A program made the position numbers and the translations under genes. A DNA stretch of 64,000 nucleotides from Syntrophales bacterium (GTDB lineage: Bacteria; Desulfobacterota; Syntrophia; Syntrophales; CG2-30-49-12), in NCBI GenBank assembly GCA_041648505.1, contig JBAZOY010000001.1:79540-143539 (forward strand), written 5' to 3'. This document shows positions 7,608 to 16,065 of this stretch, one piece after another. Position 1 is the stretch's first letter. Every line of letters begins with the position of its first letter. The notes below the pieces were generated by a model. It worked only from the letters and a program-made list of their open reading frames with translations, was not told the DNA's origin and searched no databases.

Positions 7608-9317
7608 CTACATTATCACCGCTGAGGTTGCTTCTTCAAGTGTCGTTATCCCCCGGAGTACCTTATTACCCGCGTCGTATTTCAAGGTTCTGAGGTTACC
7701 CTCTTCTACGGCCTTGCGCGCAATTTCATGGGCTGAACATTTTCTCATAATCATGTCCTGGATCAAATGGTCGTTAATGAGTACCTCGAATATACCTGTT
7801 CTTCCCTTATACCCCGTATTTAAACACTGGTTGCAACCCCGGCCGCGCTGAAAATTCGCAAAGTCCCACCTTTCAAGTCCCCAGGAGGCAAGCACATCTT
7901 CGGGTGGATTGTACTGTTCTCTGCAGTACGGGCAAACAGTTCTCACCAGGCGCTGGGCAATAGAGACCAGGAGGGTGGAAGAAAGGAGAAACGGTTCAAT
8001 TCCCATATCAATAAAACGCGAGATGGCTCCAACTGCATCGTTCGTATGTACCGTACTTAAAACACGGTGACCGGTCTGCGCAGCTTGCGTGGCAATTGCC
8101 GCTGTTTCGCCATCCCTGATCTCGCCGACCATTATTATATCGGGGTCCTGACGGAGTATTGATCTTAGACCACTGGCAAATGTCATCCCTGCTTTCCTGT
8201 TCAGCTGGATCTGCCTGATATTTTCAATCCGGTATTCCACAGGATCCTCCAGGGTCATGATATTGCTGTCAGGACGGTTGAGTTCGTTCAAGATAGCATA
8301 AATGCTTGTACTCTTACCGCTTCCCGTCGGTCCGGTGCTCAGTATCATACCGTAAGGTTTCTTTACGATAGCCCTGATTTTCTCTATATCCGATTTGACC
8401 ATCCCGATGCGATCCAGTGAATATATCCCCGCACTTGTATCCAGAAGCCGCAGGACGAGATTTTCTCCGTAAATGGTCGGTATGGAAGACGCACGGACAT
8501 TGATTTCTTTCTTCTCCATGCGAAGGGTAAACCGCCCGTCCTGAGGTATCCTCGTTACGGTAATATCCATATTTGACAGGATTTTTATCCTGGCTGCAAT
8601 TCCTAAAAACATATGTTTGGGGGGAGATTGTACCTCATGGAGCTTGCCGTCTATACGGAACCGAAGCTGTATATTATTCTGCTGGGGACTGAGGTGAATA
8701 TCACTGGCCCCCTCGTGTATGCCCTGGACAAAGATCGAGTTAACAAGCCTTATAATAGGTGCCTCTCCTGCCATGTCCTGAAGGGAAGCTAACTGTATAT
8801 CTGCCATACCCTCGTCTTCGTCTTTTTCCTGAACAAGTTTAGCTTCAATATCTTCTATGCTATCCAGGACACTGCCAAGACCTGACTGAACACCGTAGAG
8901 ATTGCTTATTATCTGATTCAGTTCACGCTCAGTACATACTACCGCTTCTACTTCACAATTTGTCAGTGTTTCAATAGCATCAAAAGTATTAATATCAAGG
9001 GGATCCAGCATGGCGATCGTTAATAGACGACCTTTTCTCGCCAAAGGTGCTATCTGACATTGCTGTGCGTAATCTATAGGGATTAATGCTGAGAGTTCGA
9101 GTTCACAGGGGTATTTACTGGGGTGAAATCTTCTTATTTTCAACTGCCTGCCGAGCACATCTATTATCTGTTCCTCGGTTACAATTCCTCGCTGGACAAG
9201 AATCTGACCGAGCTTCAGATCACTCTTCCCCTGTTCGGTAAGAGCTTTTTCGAGTTGCTCTTCCGTCAGCAGATTTTCCTCGATAAGTATTTCGCCTAAC
9301 CTCTTTCTGCCGGCCAT
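7608..9317 (-). CDS. mshE: Type IV pilus assembly ATPase, MshE-type (GspE family with N-terminal MshEN domain)
   Basis: Walker A GPTGSGKST and a tetracysteine CPYC...CNQC. The N-terminus carries two 24-aa RLGxxLIxxNLLxxxxLxxxLxxQ / KLGxxLVxxGIVxxxxIxxxLxxQ motifs separated by 5 aa. Confidence 0.9.
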   Translation of the reverse strand: MAGRKRLGEILIEENLLTEEQLEKALTEQGKSDLKLGQILVQRGIVTEEQIIDVLGRQLKIRRFHPSKYPCELELSALIPIDYAQQCQIAPLARKGRLLTIAMLDPLDINTFDAIETLTNCEVEAVVCTERELNQIISNLYGVQSGLGSVLDSIEDIEAKLVQEKDEDEGMADIQLASLQDMAGEAPIIRLVNSIFVQGIHEGASDIHLSPQQNNIQLRFRIDGKLHEVQSPPKHMFLGIAARIKILSNMDITVTRIPQDGRFTLRMEKKEINVRASSIPTIYGENLVLRLLDTSAGIYSLDRIGMVKSDIEKIRAIVKKPYGMILSTGPTGSGKSTSIYAILNELNRPDSNIMTLEDPVEYRIENIRQIQLNRKAGMTFASGLRSILRQDPDIIMVGEIRDGETAAIATQAAQTGHRVLSTVHTNDAVGAISRFIDMGIEPFLLSSTLLVSIAQRLVRTVCPYCREQYNPPEDVLASWGLERWDFANFQRGRGCNQCLNTGYKGRTGIFEVLINDHLIQDMIMRKCSAHEIARKAVEEGNLRTLKYDAGNKVLRGITTLEEATSAVIM

Positions 9318-9334
9318 TCTTTTCCGCCCTCTCC

Positions 9335-9370
9335 TTATTCCAATTCTAAATCAAAGCGCTATCTTCGTTG
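9335..9370. repeat. Family B repeat end (partial copy B1)
   Basis: TTATTCCAATTCTAAATCAAAGCGCTATCTTCGTTG is identical to the reverse complement of 46061-46096. It overlaps the last codons and stop of the ExeA-like gene. Confidence 0.8.
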
Positions 9371-10933
9371 ATTTTTAAAAAACACTGTATCATCATCCGG
9401 TTTGGATATGATTTTTGCGTGTAACGTAAGCGGAGATGGTAAATTTCTTACCGCACCCAGGGCTGATTCCCTGTTGACATAACCATCTTTCAAGAAGATG
9501 GAGAATACCAGCCCTTCCCTGAAATTCCAGTACGGAAGAAACATTAACGACGGTAACGCACGTTCATAACTCTTGTATAATTCATAGATTTCTTCGATAT
9601 TTTCGCCACTTGCTACCTGCACCCAGTATTTTCCAGGAGAAAGATGTTTTGATTTTGCGGGAAGCGCCGGAAGCTTGATCACTTCACCGGCTCTCACCTG
9701 ATTAAGATCCTTGAGATGTTGATTCGCAAGGACAACCGCCTGAAATTGCTCAAAAGATAAATCCCCATAAAAATCAGCAGCTGTACGCCACACGGTTCTA
9801 TCCTTTTTTAATCTCACCCCCCCCAGTAGATCAGGCATCGTTTTTGGAACCGCCGGTAATCCCGCCGACACCTCTTCTGCCACTGCTTCGGTCACAGAGG
9901 TTGTGCCCATACCAACCATCTCCGATGCAGAATTAATAACCGGAGAGGGATTCCGGACATTGATAAGGATTGTATGTTTTTTCTCTTTCCCGTAATCGAA
10001 TATTTTAGAGGGGTACAGTCCTGCTACTATCACGAATACACATAAAGCGGTCAGGACCGTTGCCGCTATCCATTTTACATTCCTCCGCTGCTCTAAAAAG
10101 CTTCTCCCTCTACGGGCACAGGAACGAACGAGGAACCATCCGGCTCTTGAACGGTTCTGGATGATCAATGCCAGGATAATCTGATGACACAGAGTTACAA
10201 TCTTCCTCGGATAACCCCCAGTTGCCATATAAAGAGCCCATAAACCCGGGTAAGTAAACAGTGAAGGCGCTTTATCGGTATCGCCGGCTTTTGCAAGACG
10301 GGATATGACCATGCCCCGTGTCTCCCGGAAATTAAGGGGATTCAGGAAATAGTAGAGGTTAACCCGGTCGGCGACGTTCATCATTCTCTTTAACGTCTGT
10401 TCAAATTCCCTCTGGGCAAAGATAACAATCTGGAGTATTTTATACTCATTCGTCTCGTAATTGAGAAATTCGCGCAGCAACTCAAGACAAAAATCCGGCA
10501 GTTTCTGCCCTTCATCAATAAGGAGAACTACCGTCCTTTCATCATCAACGGCCGATTTAAAGAGATAATTTTTGATGCTTTCCCTGAGCTGCCATTCGCT
10601 GTCAAGGCTATCCGATCCGGCAACGCCGAATGTCATCGCTACAACAGATAAAAATTCACGGGGGTTTGTAAAGGCTGGGTCCATGAGAAGGTGTGCTTCT
10701 ATTCTTTCTCCATCCTTTTCAGAAGCGGCAAATTTAAGTAAAAGTTGGCGACAGAGAGTGGTTTTTCCTGTCCCCACATCCCCAATCACCACATTTAATC
10801 CTCGACGGAGACGTACGGCAAGTTCTAACTCTTGCAGGCAACCAGTATGCTCAAGAGAGGGGAAGAAGAATTCCGGTTCCGGCGAGTTGGAAAAAGGCTC
10901 CCTGTTCAGGTTTAAAATCCTGAAATAATCCAT
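9359..10933 (-). CDS. ExeA/MshM-like AAA ATPase with TM segment and periplasmic C-terminal domain
   Basis: GDVGTGKTTLCRQLL (Walker A) and ...VVLLIDEGQKL (Walker B), then a mid-protein TM helix (WIAATVLTALCVFVIVAGLY). The C-terminal region is SPOR/LysM-like. Confidence 0.8.
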   Translation of the reverse strand: MDYFRILNLNREPFSNSPEPEFFFPSLEHTGCLQELELAVRLRRGLNVVIGDVGTGKTTLCRQLLLKFAASEKDGERIEAHLLMDPAFTNPREFLSVVAMTFGVAGSDSLDSEWQLRESIKNYLFKSAVDDERTVVLLIDEGQKLPDFCLELLREFLNYETNEYKILQIVIFAQREFEQTLKRMMNVADRVNLYYFLNPLNFRETRGMVISRLAKAGDTDKAPSLFTYPGLWALYMATGGYPRKIVTLCHQIILALIIQNRSRAGWFLVRSCARRGRSFLEQRRNVKWIAATVLTALCVFVIVAGLYPSKIFDYGKEKKHTILINVRNPSPVINSASEMVGMGTTSVTEAVAEEVSAGLPAVPKTMPDLLGGVRLKKDRTVWRTAADFYGDLSFEQFQAVVLANQHLKDLNQVRAGEVIKLPALPAKSKHLSPGKYWVQVASGENIEEIYELYKSYERALPSLMFLPYWNFREGLVFSIFLKDGYVNRESALGAVRNLPSPLTLHAKIISKPDDDTVFFKNQRR

Positions 10934-10946
10934 GGTTCCACTTCTC

Positions 10947-12578
10947 TTATTGAATAGAATTTGCCGGAGGCACAGGTGATTTTTCGCTTGCCGAAACCGC
11001 CTGAGTCGGCGGCAGTATTGTCGGAGTTATGAAAATGAGAACTTCCTGCATAGATTCGCTTTTACCTGCCCCCTTGAAAAACCATCCCAGCAGGGGAATA
11101 TCCTTCAGCAAGGGGACACCGACTTGCGCATCCTCTTTCTTCTGTTTTGTCAATCCGGAGATAACAATCGTTTCCCCATCCTGAACGATCAGAGACGTGT
11201 TTGTCTCCTTTTTGTAGATGTAAGGGTTCCCCTGTACATTCCTGGAGTTGTCCACCTCATCCTTCTTTACCACCACTTTCATTTTGAGATTCTTGCCGTC
11301 AATCACATGAGGGGTAATCTCCAGCCGGAGAACCACATCCTCGAATTTTACCGACCTCGTAATAGCGCCGGTTGCACTTGTTTCTTCCGTTATATAGGGA
11401 ACTTTCTCCCCGTTTTCCGTATACGCTGTTTGATTGTCCAGAGTTGTAATCGAAGGGCTGGAAAGGATATTCAATTTTCCTTCTTTCTGGAGAGCATTTA
11501 ACTGCATCTCTAAAATGTTGCCCCCGATGGTCCCAAACATGAGACCCAGCGTCCCCGATCCTGTAATGGACGTCTGCGAAGGAGCATTAAAGGCAAACCC
11601 CTGACCACTCAGTCCCGTTCCGCCATACCCGGGAGTATAATTGCCGCTTATCGGATCGCCTGTACCCGACGTTCCACCCGGGGTGATCCAGATCCCTTTA
11701 TCTCCAAATCTAGTACTGTACATGCCACCCCATGAAATCCCAAGATTACGGGCAGTGTCTTGAGTTGTCTCTACAATGTTGGCCTTTATCAGGATCTGCG
11801 GCGTAGGTTTATCTATTTCGTTGATAATCGGCATCATCCTTTCGAGGTCATCCCGGCTTGCCTGAATAATCAGGCTATTACTGTGTGCATTTACCTGTAC
11901 CGATCCCCGTTGTTTACCATCCTTATCTTTTGTTAAAAATTCCTGAAGATTTTCTTTAAGCTTGGGGGCATCCGCATAATCGATGCTGATCACTCTGGTC
12001 AACAGGGGCTGCATCTGCTGAATGCTGATTTCCTGGGCCTTTTGCTTCAGCTCCCGGTCCTTATCTTCCAGGGTTATTACCCTGACAATATTTCCTTCCC
12101 ACTGATAATACAGGCCCTGGTTTTGAAGAATACCCTTAAAAGCGACGTCCCAGGGGACTTCCTTGAAATCAACGGTAATTTCTCCCTTTACCTCATCTTT
12201 GATTAAAATGTTCTGCTCTTCAATTCGGGCCAATGCCCGTATAACAGCCTTGACATCAGCCTGCCGCATTTTCAGGGTAATTTTTCTCACCGGCAGTTGC
12301 CTGTCCTTAACAGACTTCACATCTTTTTCAAGAGAACTGCTCTCCTTCTGCGCACTCCCTGTAACGTCAATGTCTTTCCTGCCGGGAGCCGGAGAATGTC
12401 CTCTTGCCGTCTCTGCCATCTCTTGCCATTTTTCGAAGAAGGGATCTTTTTTTGTCGCCACTTCTTTTACACATCCCGAAAGGGCTATCACCATTCCCAG
12501 AACAAGCGCCAGTCTCCCCCACTTTTTCTTAAAAGCGGCGTTAAACAATATTATCCCCTCCTTCCCTAAAAAATTCAC
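10947..12578 (-). CDS. pilQ: Type IV pilus secretin (PilQ/MshL-like), lipoprotein
   Basis: Lipobox ...VIALSGC, and a C-terminal secretin domain (…VPLLKDIPLLGWFFKG…EVLIFITPTIL). Confidence 0.9.
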   Translation of the reverse strand: MNFLGKEGIILFNAAFKKKWGRLALVLGMVIALSGCVKEVATKKDPFFEKWQEMAETARGHSPAPGRKDIDVTGSAQKESSSLEKDVKSVKDRQLPVRKITLKMRQADVKAVIRALARIEEQNILIKDEVKGEITVDFKEVPWDVAFKGILQNQGLYYQWEGNIVRVITLEDKDRELKQKAQEISIQQMQPLLTRVISIDYADAPKLKENLQEFLTKDKDGKQRGSVQVNAHSNSLIIQASRDDLERMMPIINEIDKPTPQILIKANIVETTQDTARNLGISWGGMYSTRFGDKGIWITPGGTSGTGDPISGNYTPGYGGTGLSGQGFAFNAPSQTSITGSGTLGLMFGTIGGNILEMQLNALQKEGKLNILSSPSITTLDNQTAYTENGEKVPYITEETSATGAITRSVKFEDVVLRLEITPHVIDGKNLKMKVVVKKDEVDNSRNVQGNPYIYKKETNTSLIVQDGETIVISGLTKQKKEDAQVGVPLLKDIPLLGWFFKGAGKSESMQEVLIFITPTILPPTQAVSASEKSPVPPANSIQ

Positions 12579-13084
12579 TCCTGCAATAAGATAGCGAATT
12601 CAGCTTCACGTCTTTCATTTAAAATCATAACCTTATCCGGATATATCTCTTTCAGAACATAACCTTCTATCTCTAAAGGTTCACCTGCTGCATACTCGAT
12701 ACCGTTGATTATCGCTATCTTCTTCCTGTTCATCTCTAAATAGCCGGAGTAACTGAATTTTGCTTCCGATCCGGGGCCGCTGTCTGCTTCGGCTTTTCCC
12801 TTAAGAGTTACCCAGTCACGAAAATATTTATTCAGATAAAACGGGTTATTCTTCCATTGCGTTTCAGCACGGCTGACTATGTAAGCATCAACAGCCGAGA
12901 GCTGATTTCCCGTTATGCCCGCGGTTATATCAGATACGAAAGCGCCCAGGTCGCTTGATTTTGCCGCCATATCAACCGGGGCATTTTTCGCCCGCGAGGC
13001 GATGAAGAAATCATAAGCACCATAGCAAATCACTATCGCCATAACGGAGAGAATGAGTATCTGTTGTTTTGTCAACTTCGGCAT
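12575..13084 (-). CDS. PilP/MshK-like pilus assembly protein
   Basis: N-terminal TM helix. The C-terminal YSGYLEMNRKKIAIINGIEYAAGEPLEIEGYVLKEI pattern is typical of PilP/GspC-type beta domains. It overlaps the secretin gene by 4 nt. Confidence 0.55.
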   Translation of the reverse strand: MPKLTKQQILILSVMAIVICYGAYDFFIASRAKNAPVDMAAKSSDLGAFVSDITAGITGNQLSAVDAYIVSRAETQWKNNPFYLNKYFRDWVTLKGKAEADSGPGSEAKFSYSGYLEMNRKKIAIINGIEYAAGEPLEIEGYVLKEIYPDKVMILNERREAEFAILLQE

Positions 13085-13103
13085 TTACTTCTATGCCCCT
13101 TTA

Positions 13104-13643
13104 TTACTGACTTAAGGCAAGAATGGTTTTCACCTTGAATTCCATGACTTCCCGGTTCTGCTGAATCTGTATTTCCTCTATATGTTCTAAGTAAGGGACA
13201 CCTCCCAGGGCAATTAAAAATCCGCGAAGATCAGGAAAATCACCCGCAATAATTATTTCAACAGGAAGAAAATTATGATCGGTATCGGTTGAATTAAGGT
13301 CTGGAGAAATTGATACTATATTCATACCGGTATTTTTAGCTATATTCCTGAAAGTTATCGAGATTACTCCTATTGCCTCCCGGGATAATTTAGTCTTATC
13401 GGGAAAAGGCAGCACCGATGACATTTTCTTCTCAGACCTGCTTTTCAACGACTGATATATGGGATGGTATGTTTTTTGTTCTTCCGACTGAAATTGTAAG
13501 GCACCAATCTTACGCACCAATTTCGCCGACGCCAGATAATTGGGGATGATCCCGGCAAAGACAATCAGCAACACCCCTGCCAAACAGATCAAAAGGTTAA
13601 CCAGCGTCTCTCTGGGGATCATGTCTTTTATTTTTCGCCACAT
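13104..13643 (-). CDS. PilO/MshJ-like pilus assembly protein
   Basis: Single N-terminal TM helix followed by a coiled segment and an alpha/beta domain. It is positioned between the PilMN and PilP-like genes. Confidence 0.55.
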   Translation of the reverse strand: MWRKIKDMIPRETLVNLLICLAGVLLIVFAGIIPNYLASAKLVRKIGALQFQSEEQKTYHPIYQSLKSRSEKKMSSVLPFPDKTKLSREAIGVISITFRNIAKNTGMNIVSISPDLNSTDTDHNFLPVEIIIAGDFPDLRGFLIALGGVPYLEHIEEIQIQQNREVMEFKVKTILALSQ

Positions 13644-13652
13644 TACCGAACC

Positions 13653-15515
13653 TTATCCTATTCCTATATCAATTATGAAATGCAGGACATCATCTCTCTT
13701 GAAATGTTCAACGCTGTTTTTCTTAATGCTGACCTGCTGGAACATCGGCGAGCGCTCCAGCTTCATGATATAATCGGCAAATAATACATCGAGTGTTTTG
13801 CGGTCTCCCAAAATCAGGCCCTCCATGACCAGGTTTTTTGCCCTTTCTTTTTTGGCCCCTATTTGATGTTTAGCACTACCGAGGTAAACCTTCAGATCAA
13901 TGAGACGTACATTTTCCGGCGTCATTTCAGACAACTCGCCAATGATCGCCGTTCCCAGGTATCTATCACTGTACGCTTTAGACGCCTGCTGAAGCTGTTT
14001 AGAAGTAGCGGCCATCCGGGACAGCAGTTTTTGATCAACACGGGGTTTGTACTGCAACAGCTGTTCTTCAAGCTGTGATATTTCGGATTTCTTCTGATTA
14101 ATGGCGTGCAGTTGAGAAAGGAAAACGCCTGCACAAATTAATGCAACAGTTATCAGGGATGCGAAGGCTACACGCGTAATGCGGGCAACATTGGTAAGTT
14201 TTTCTTTATTTTTAGATCTAACTAAAAAATTGGGGGTATATTCGTGATCCGAGAGGGCGAGTCCCAGGGCAGGAGTTAAAGCAATTCTCTCCGGCATAGA
14301 AATATCGAGAGTATCTTTTTGGGGCAACGGAAGCTGAAGAAACTTGAAGGGATCAAGGATATCGCTCTCTATAGCAAGCTGATCACCCACGCATGCAATA
14401 ATGGGCATAGATAAACTCATCACGCTTGATACGTAAATTTTATCAACTCTGTCATAACCCAGGTTTGTACTGTAATGTTTAAATGTCCTCTCTACCTGTC
14501 TGATCACCCTTTCCAGGGCAGGTAAAATAATGGCAAATTTTTCTTCTTCTTTTAAAGTAAAACCTACATCGCCCGCAGTTAACGGCGGGAAGTCAGGACT
14601 GAGGCTGAAAAATACTTTCCGTGCCTCTTCCATGCTCGTTCGGATTGGTTCTCCTTCTATTCCAGACAATTTTGGCAGCAATTCATTAATTCTCTCCTGC
14701 AGAGATTCAACCATGCTGTTAATCCCGGCCTTGATACCCCTGGTCATGGTGAGCTTTCCCCGGGCATAGATATCAATACGTGAGAAATCATTACCTATGA
14801 ACAGACTTGCAAGCGTACTCTCAGCAGCAGGAAGCCACTCCGTAAGGAATATGTTCTGAATGGCAAAGGATGCGACGGATATGCCATCTAACGGGAAGCC
14901 GATTTCGTTGAATTGTTTCTTTAACCCTTCGATCTCATATCTGGGAGCTGTGTAAACCATCGCCGACAACTTCTGCACAGCACCTTCAGTAATTTCTCCC
15001 TGAATTTCATAGTCGAATACTGTTTCTTTTTCATCGAAGGGGAGTTCTTTTCTAACCGTCCAGTAAATGGCATTCTCTATGTGTTTTTTTGCAACCTTGG
15101 GAATCCTGATATGTCGCACATTAACCCGTGCCGAAGACATAATCGCCCATAGATGTAAATTTTTATAGGTTCCACAGAATTTAGATATTTCATTCCTTAG
15201 AAAATTGTTAAACTCGGGTAACTTCCTCGATGTTATATGGCTGAGTGATACACTCCTCCAGTCAATTAACGTCCACCTGTTATCATTAGACGGTGCTGTT
15301 TTCACCATCCTGAGGTACTCATGGCCGATATCGACGCCAACGTTTATTGTCCTTTTTTCAGAAAGGGTTTTTAAGGGAATAACATTTTTTTTCTCTTTAG
15401 GCGGGTCAATATCAGGTTTCTGAACGGGATCAGGGGCGGTAGAATCCTTCTTACTTCGGATTAGATCAAGCAGCTTTTCTGTAGAAGTAATATCTTTCAA
15501 ACGGGACATTTTCAC
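13653..15515 (-). CDS. PilM-PilN fusion (MshI-like) pilus assembly protein
   Basis: N-terminal actin-like ATPase fold (INVGVDIGHEYLRMVK...), then a TM helix (VAFASLITVALICAGVFL) and a PilN-like coiled/ferredoxin region. Confidence 0.75.
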   Translation of the reverse strand: MKMSRLKDITSTEKLLDLIRSKKDSTAPDPVQKPDIDPPKEKKNVIPLKTLSEKRTINVGVDIGHEYLRMVKTAPSNDNRWTLIDWRSVSLSHITSRKLPEFNNFLRNEISKFCGTYKNLHLWAIMSSARVNVRHIRIPKVAKKHIENAIYWTVRKELPFDEKETVFDYEIQGEITEGAVQKLSAMVYTAPRYEIEGLKKQFNEIGFPLDGISVASFAIQNIFLTEWLPAAESTLASLFIGNDFSRIDIYARGKLTMTRGIKAGINSMVESLQERINELLPKLSGIEGEPIRTSMEEARKVFFSLSPDFPPLTAGDVGFTLKEEEKFAIILPALERVIRQVERTFKHYSTNLGYDRVDKIYVSSVMSLSMPIIACVGDQLAIESDILDPFKFLQLPLPQKDTLDISMPERIALTPALGLALSDHEYTPNFLVRSKNKEKLTNVARITRVAFASLITVALICAGVFLSQLHAINQKKSEISQLEEQLLQYKPRVDQKLLSRMAATSKQLQQASKAYSDRYLGTAIIGELSEMTPENVRLIDLKVYLGSAKHQIGAKKERAKNLVMEGLILGDRKTLDVLFADYIMKLERSPMFQQVSIKKNSVEHFKRDDVLHFIIDIGIG

Positions 15516-16065
15516 TCATCCACTTAATATCATGAAAGCTTTGGAAAAGCCTCGCGATATCCTCTCTGGTAAATACTCAGGAGTTATATGTCTTAAGCAG
15601 CTCAATGACTTCTTCAATTTTTGATAATAACTTTAATGTATCGCTATAATCAAGATAATTCGCAAGAAATAAATAATACCGGTATTTTTTAAATACCTTG
15701 TGTTTTATATGGCTTTGTCTTTTTCTTAACTCCTCCGTTTATATTAGCCGGAATAGAAAAGTAGCCTTTCTGATCTGCGAAGTATAATATAAATTTTATT
15801 TCTGAAGAAATTATCATCAAAATGATATATGGATAAAATAAATTATGGTAGTCTGAGACTTTTACAAATTTATTTGCCATTGTCAACAGTAATTTGAGAC
15901 CTTTACAAAACAGTGAAGCCCGTATTAAGAAGAAAAAGATTAAATATCGGTTACCATCCCCCACAGCACCGGCTAAGGCAATATATAAAAGTGTAAGCGC
16001 GTGCATTGACAATTCAGAACCACTTCGGTATTCCAAAGTAAGATATTTTTCTCAGGAATTTTAAG

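Noticed and set aside
15689-16036. 115-aa minus-strand ORF in the gap between the pilus operon and the O-antigen-ligase-like gene
   Set aside because: The region is AT-rich and low-complexity. The ORF overlaps a degenerate Family A repeat, has no RBS or motif, and is more likely promoter or repeat DNA.
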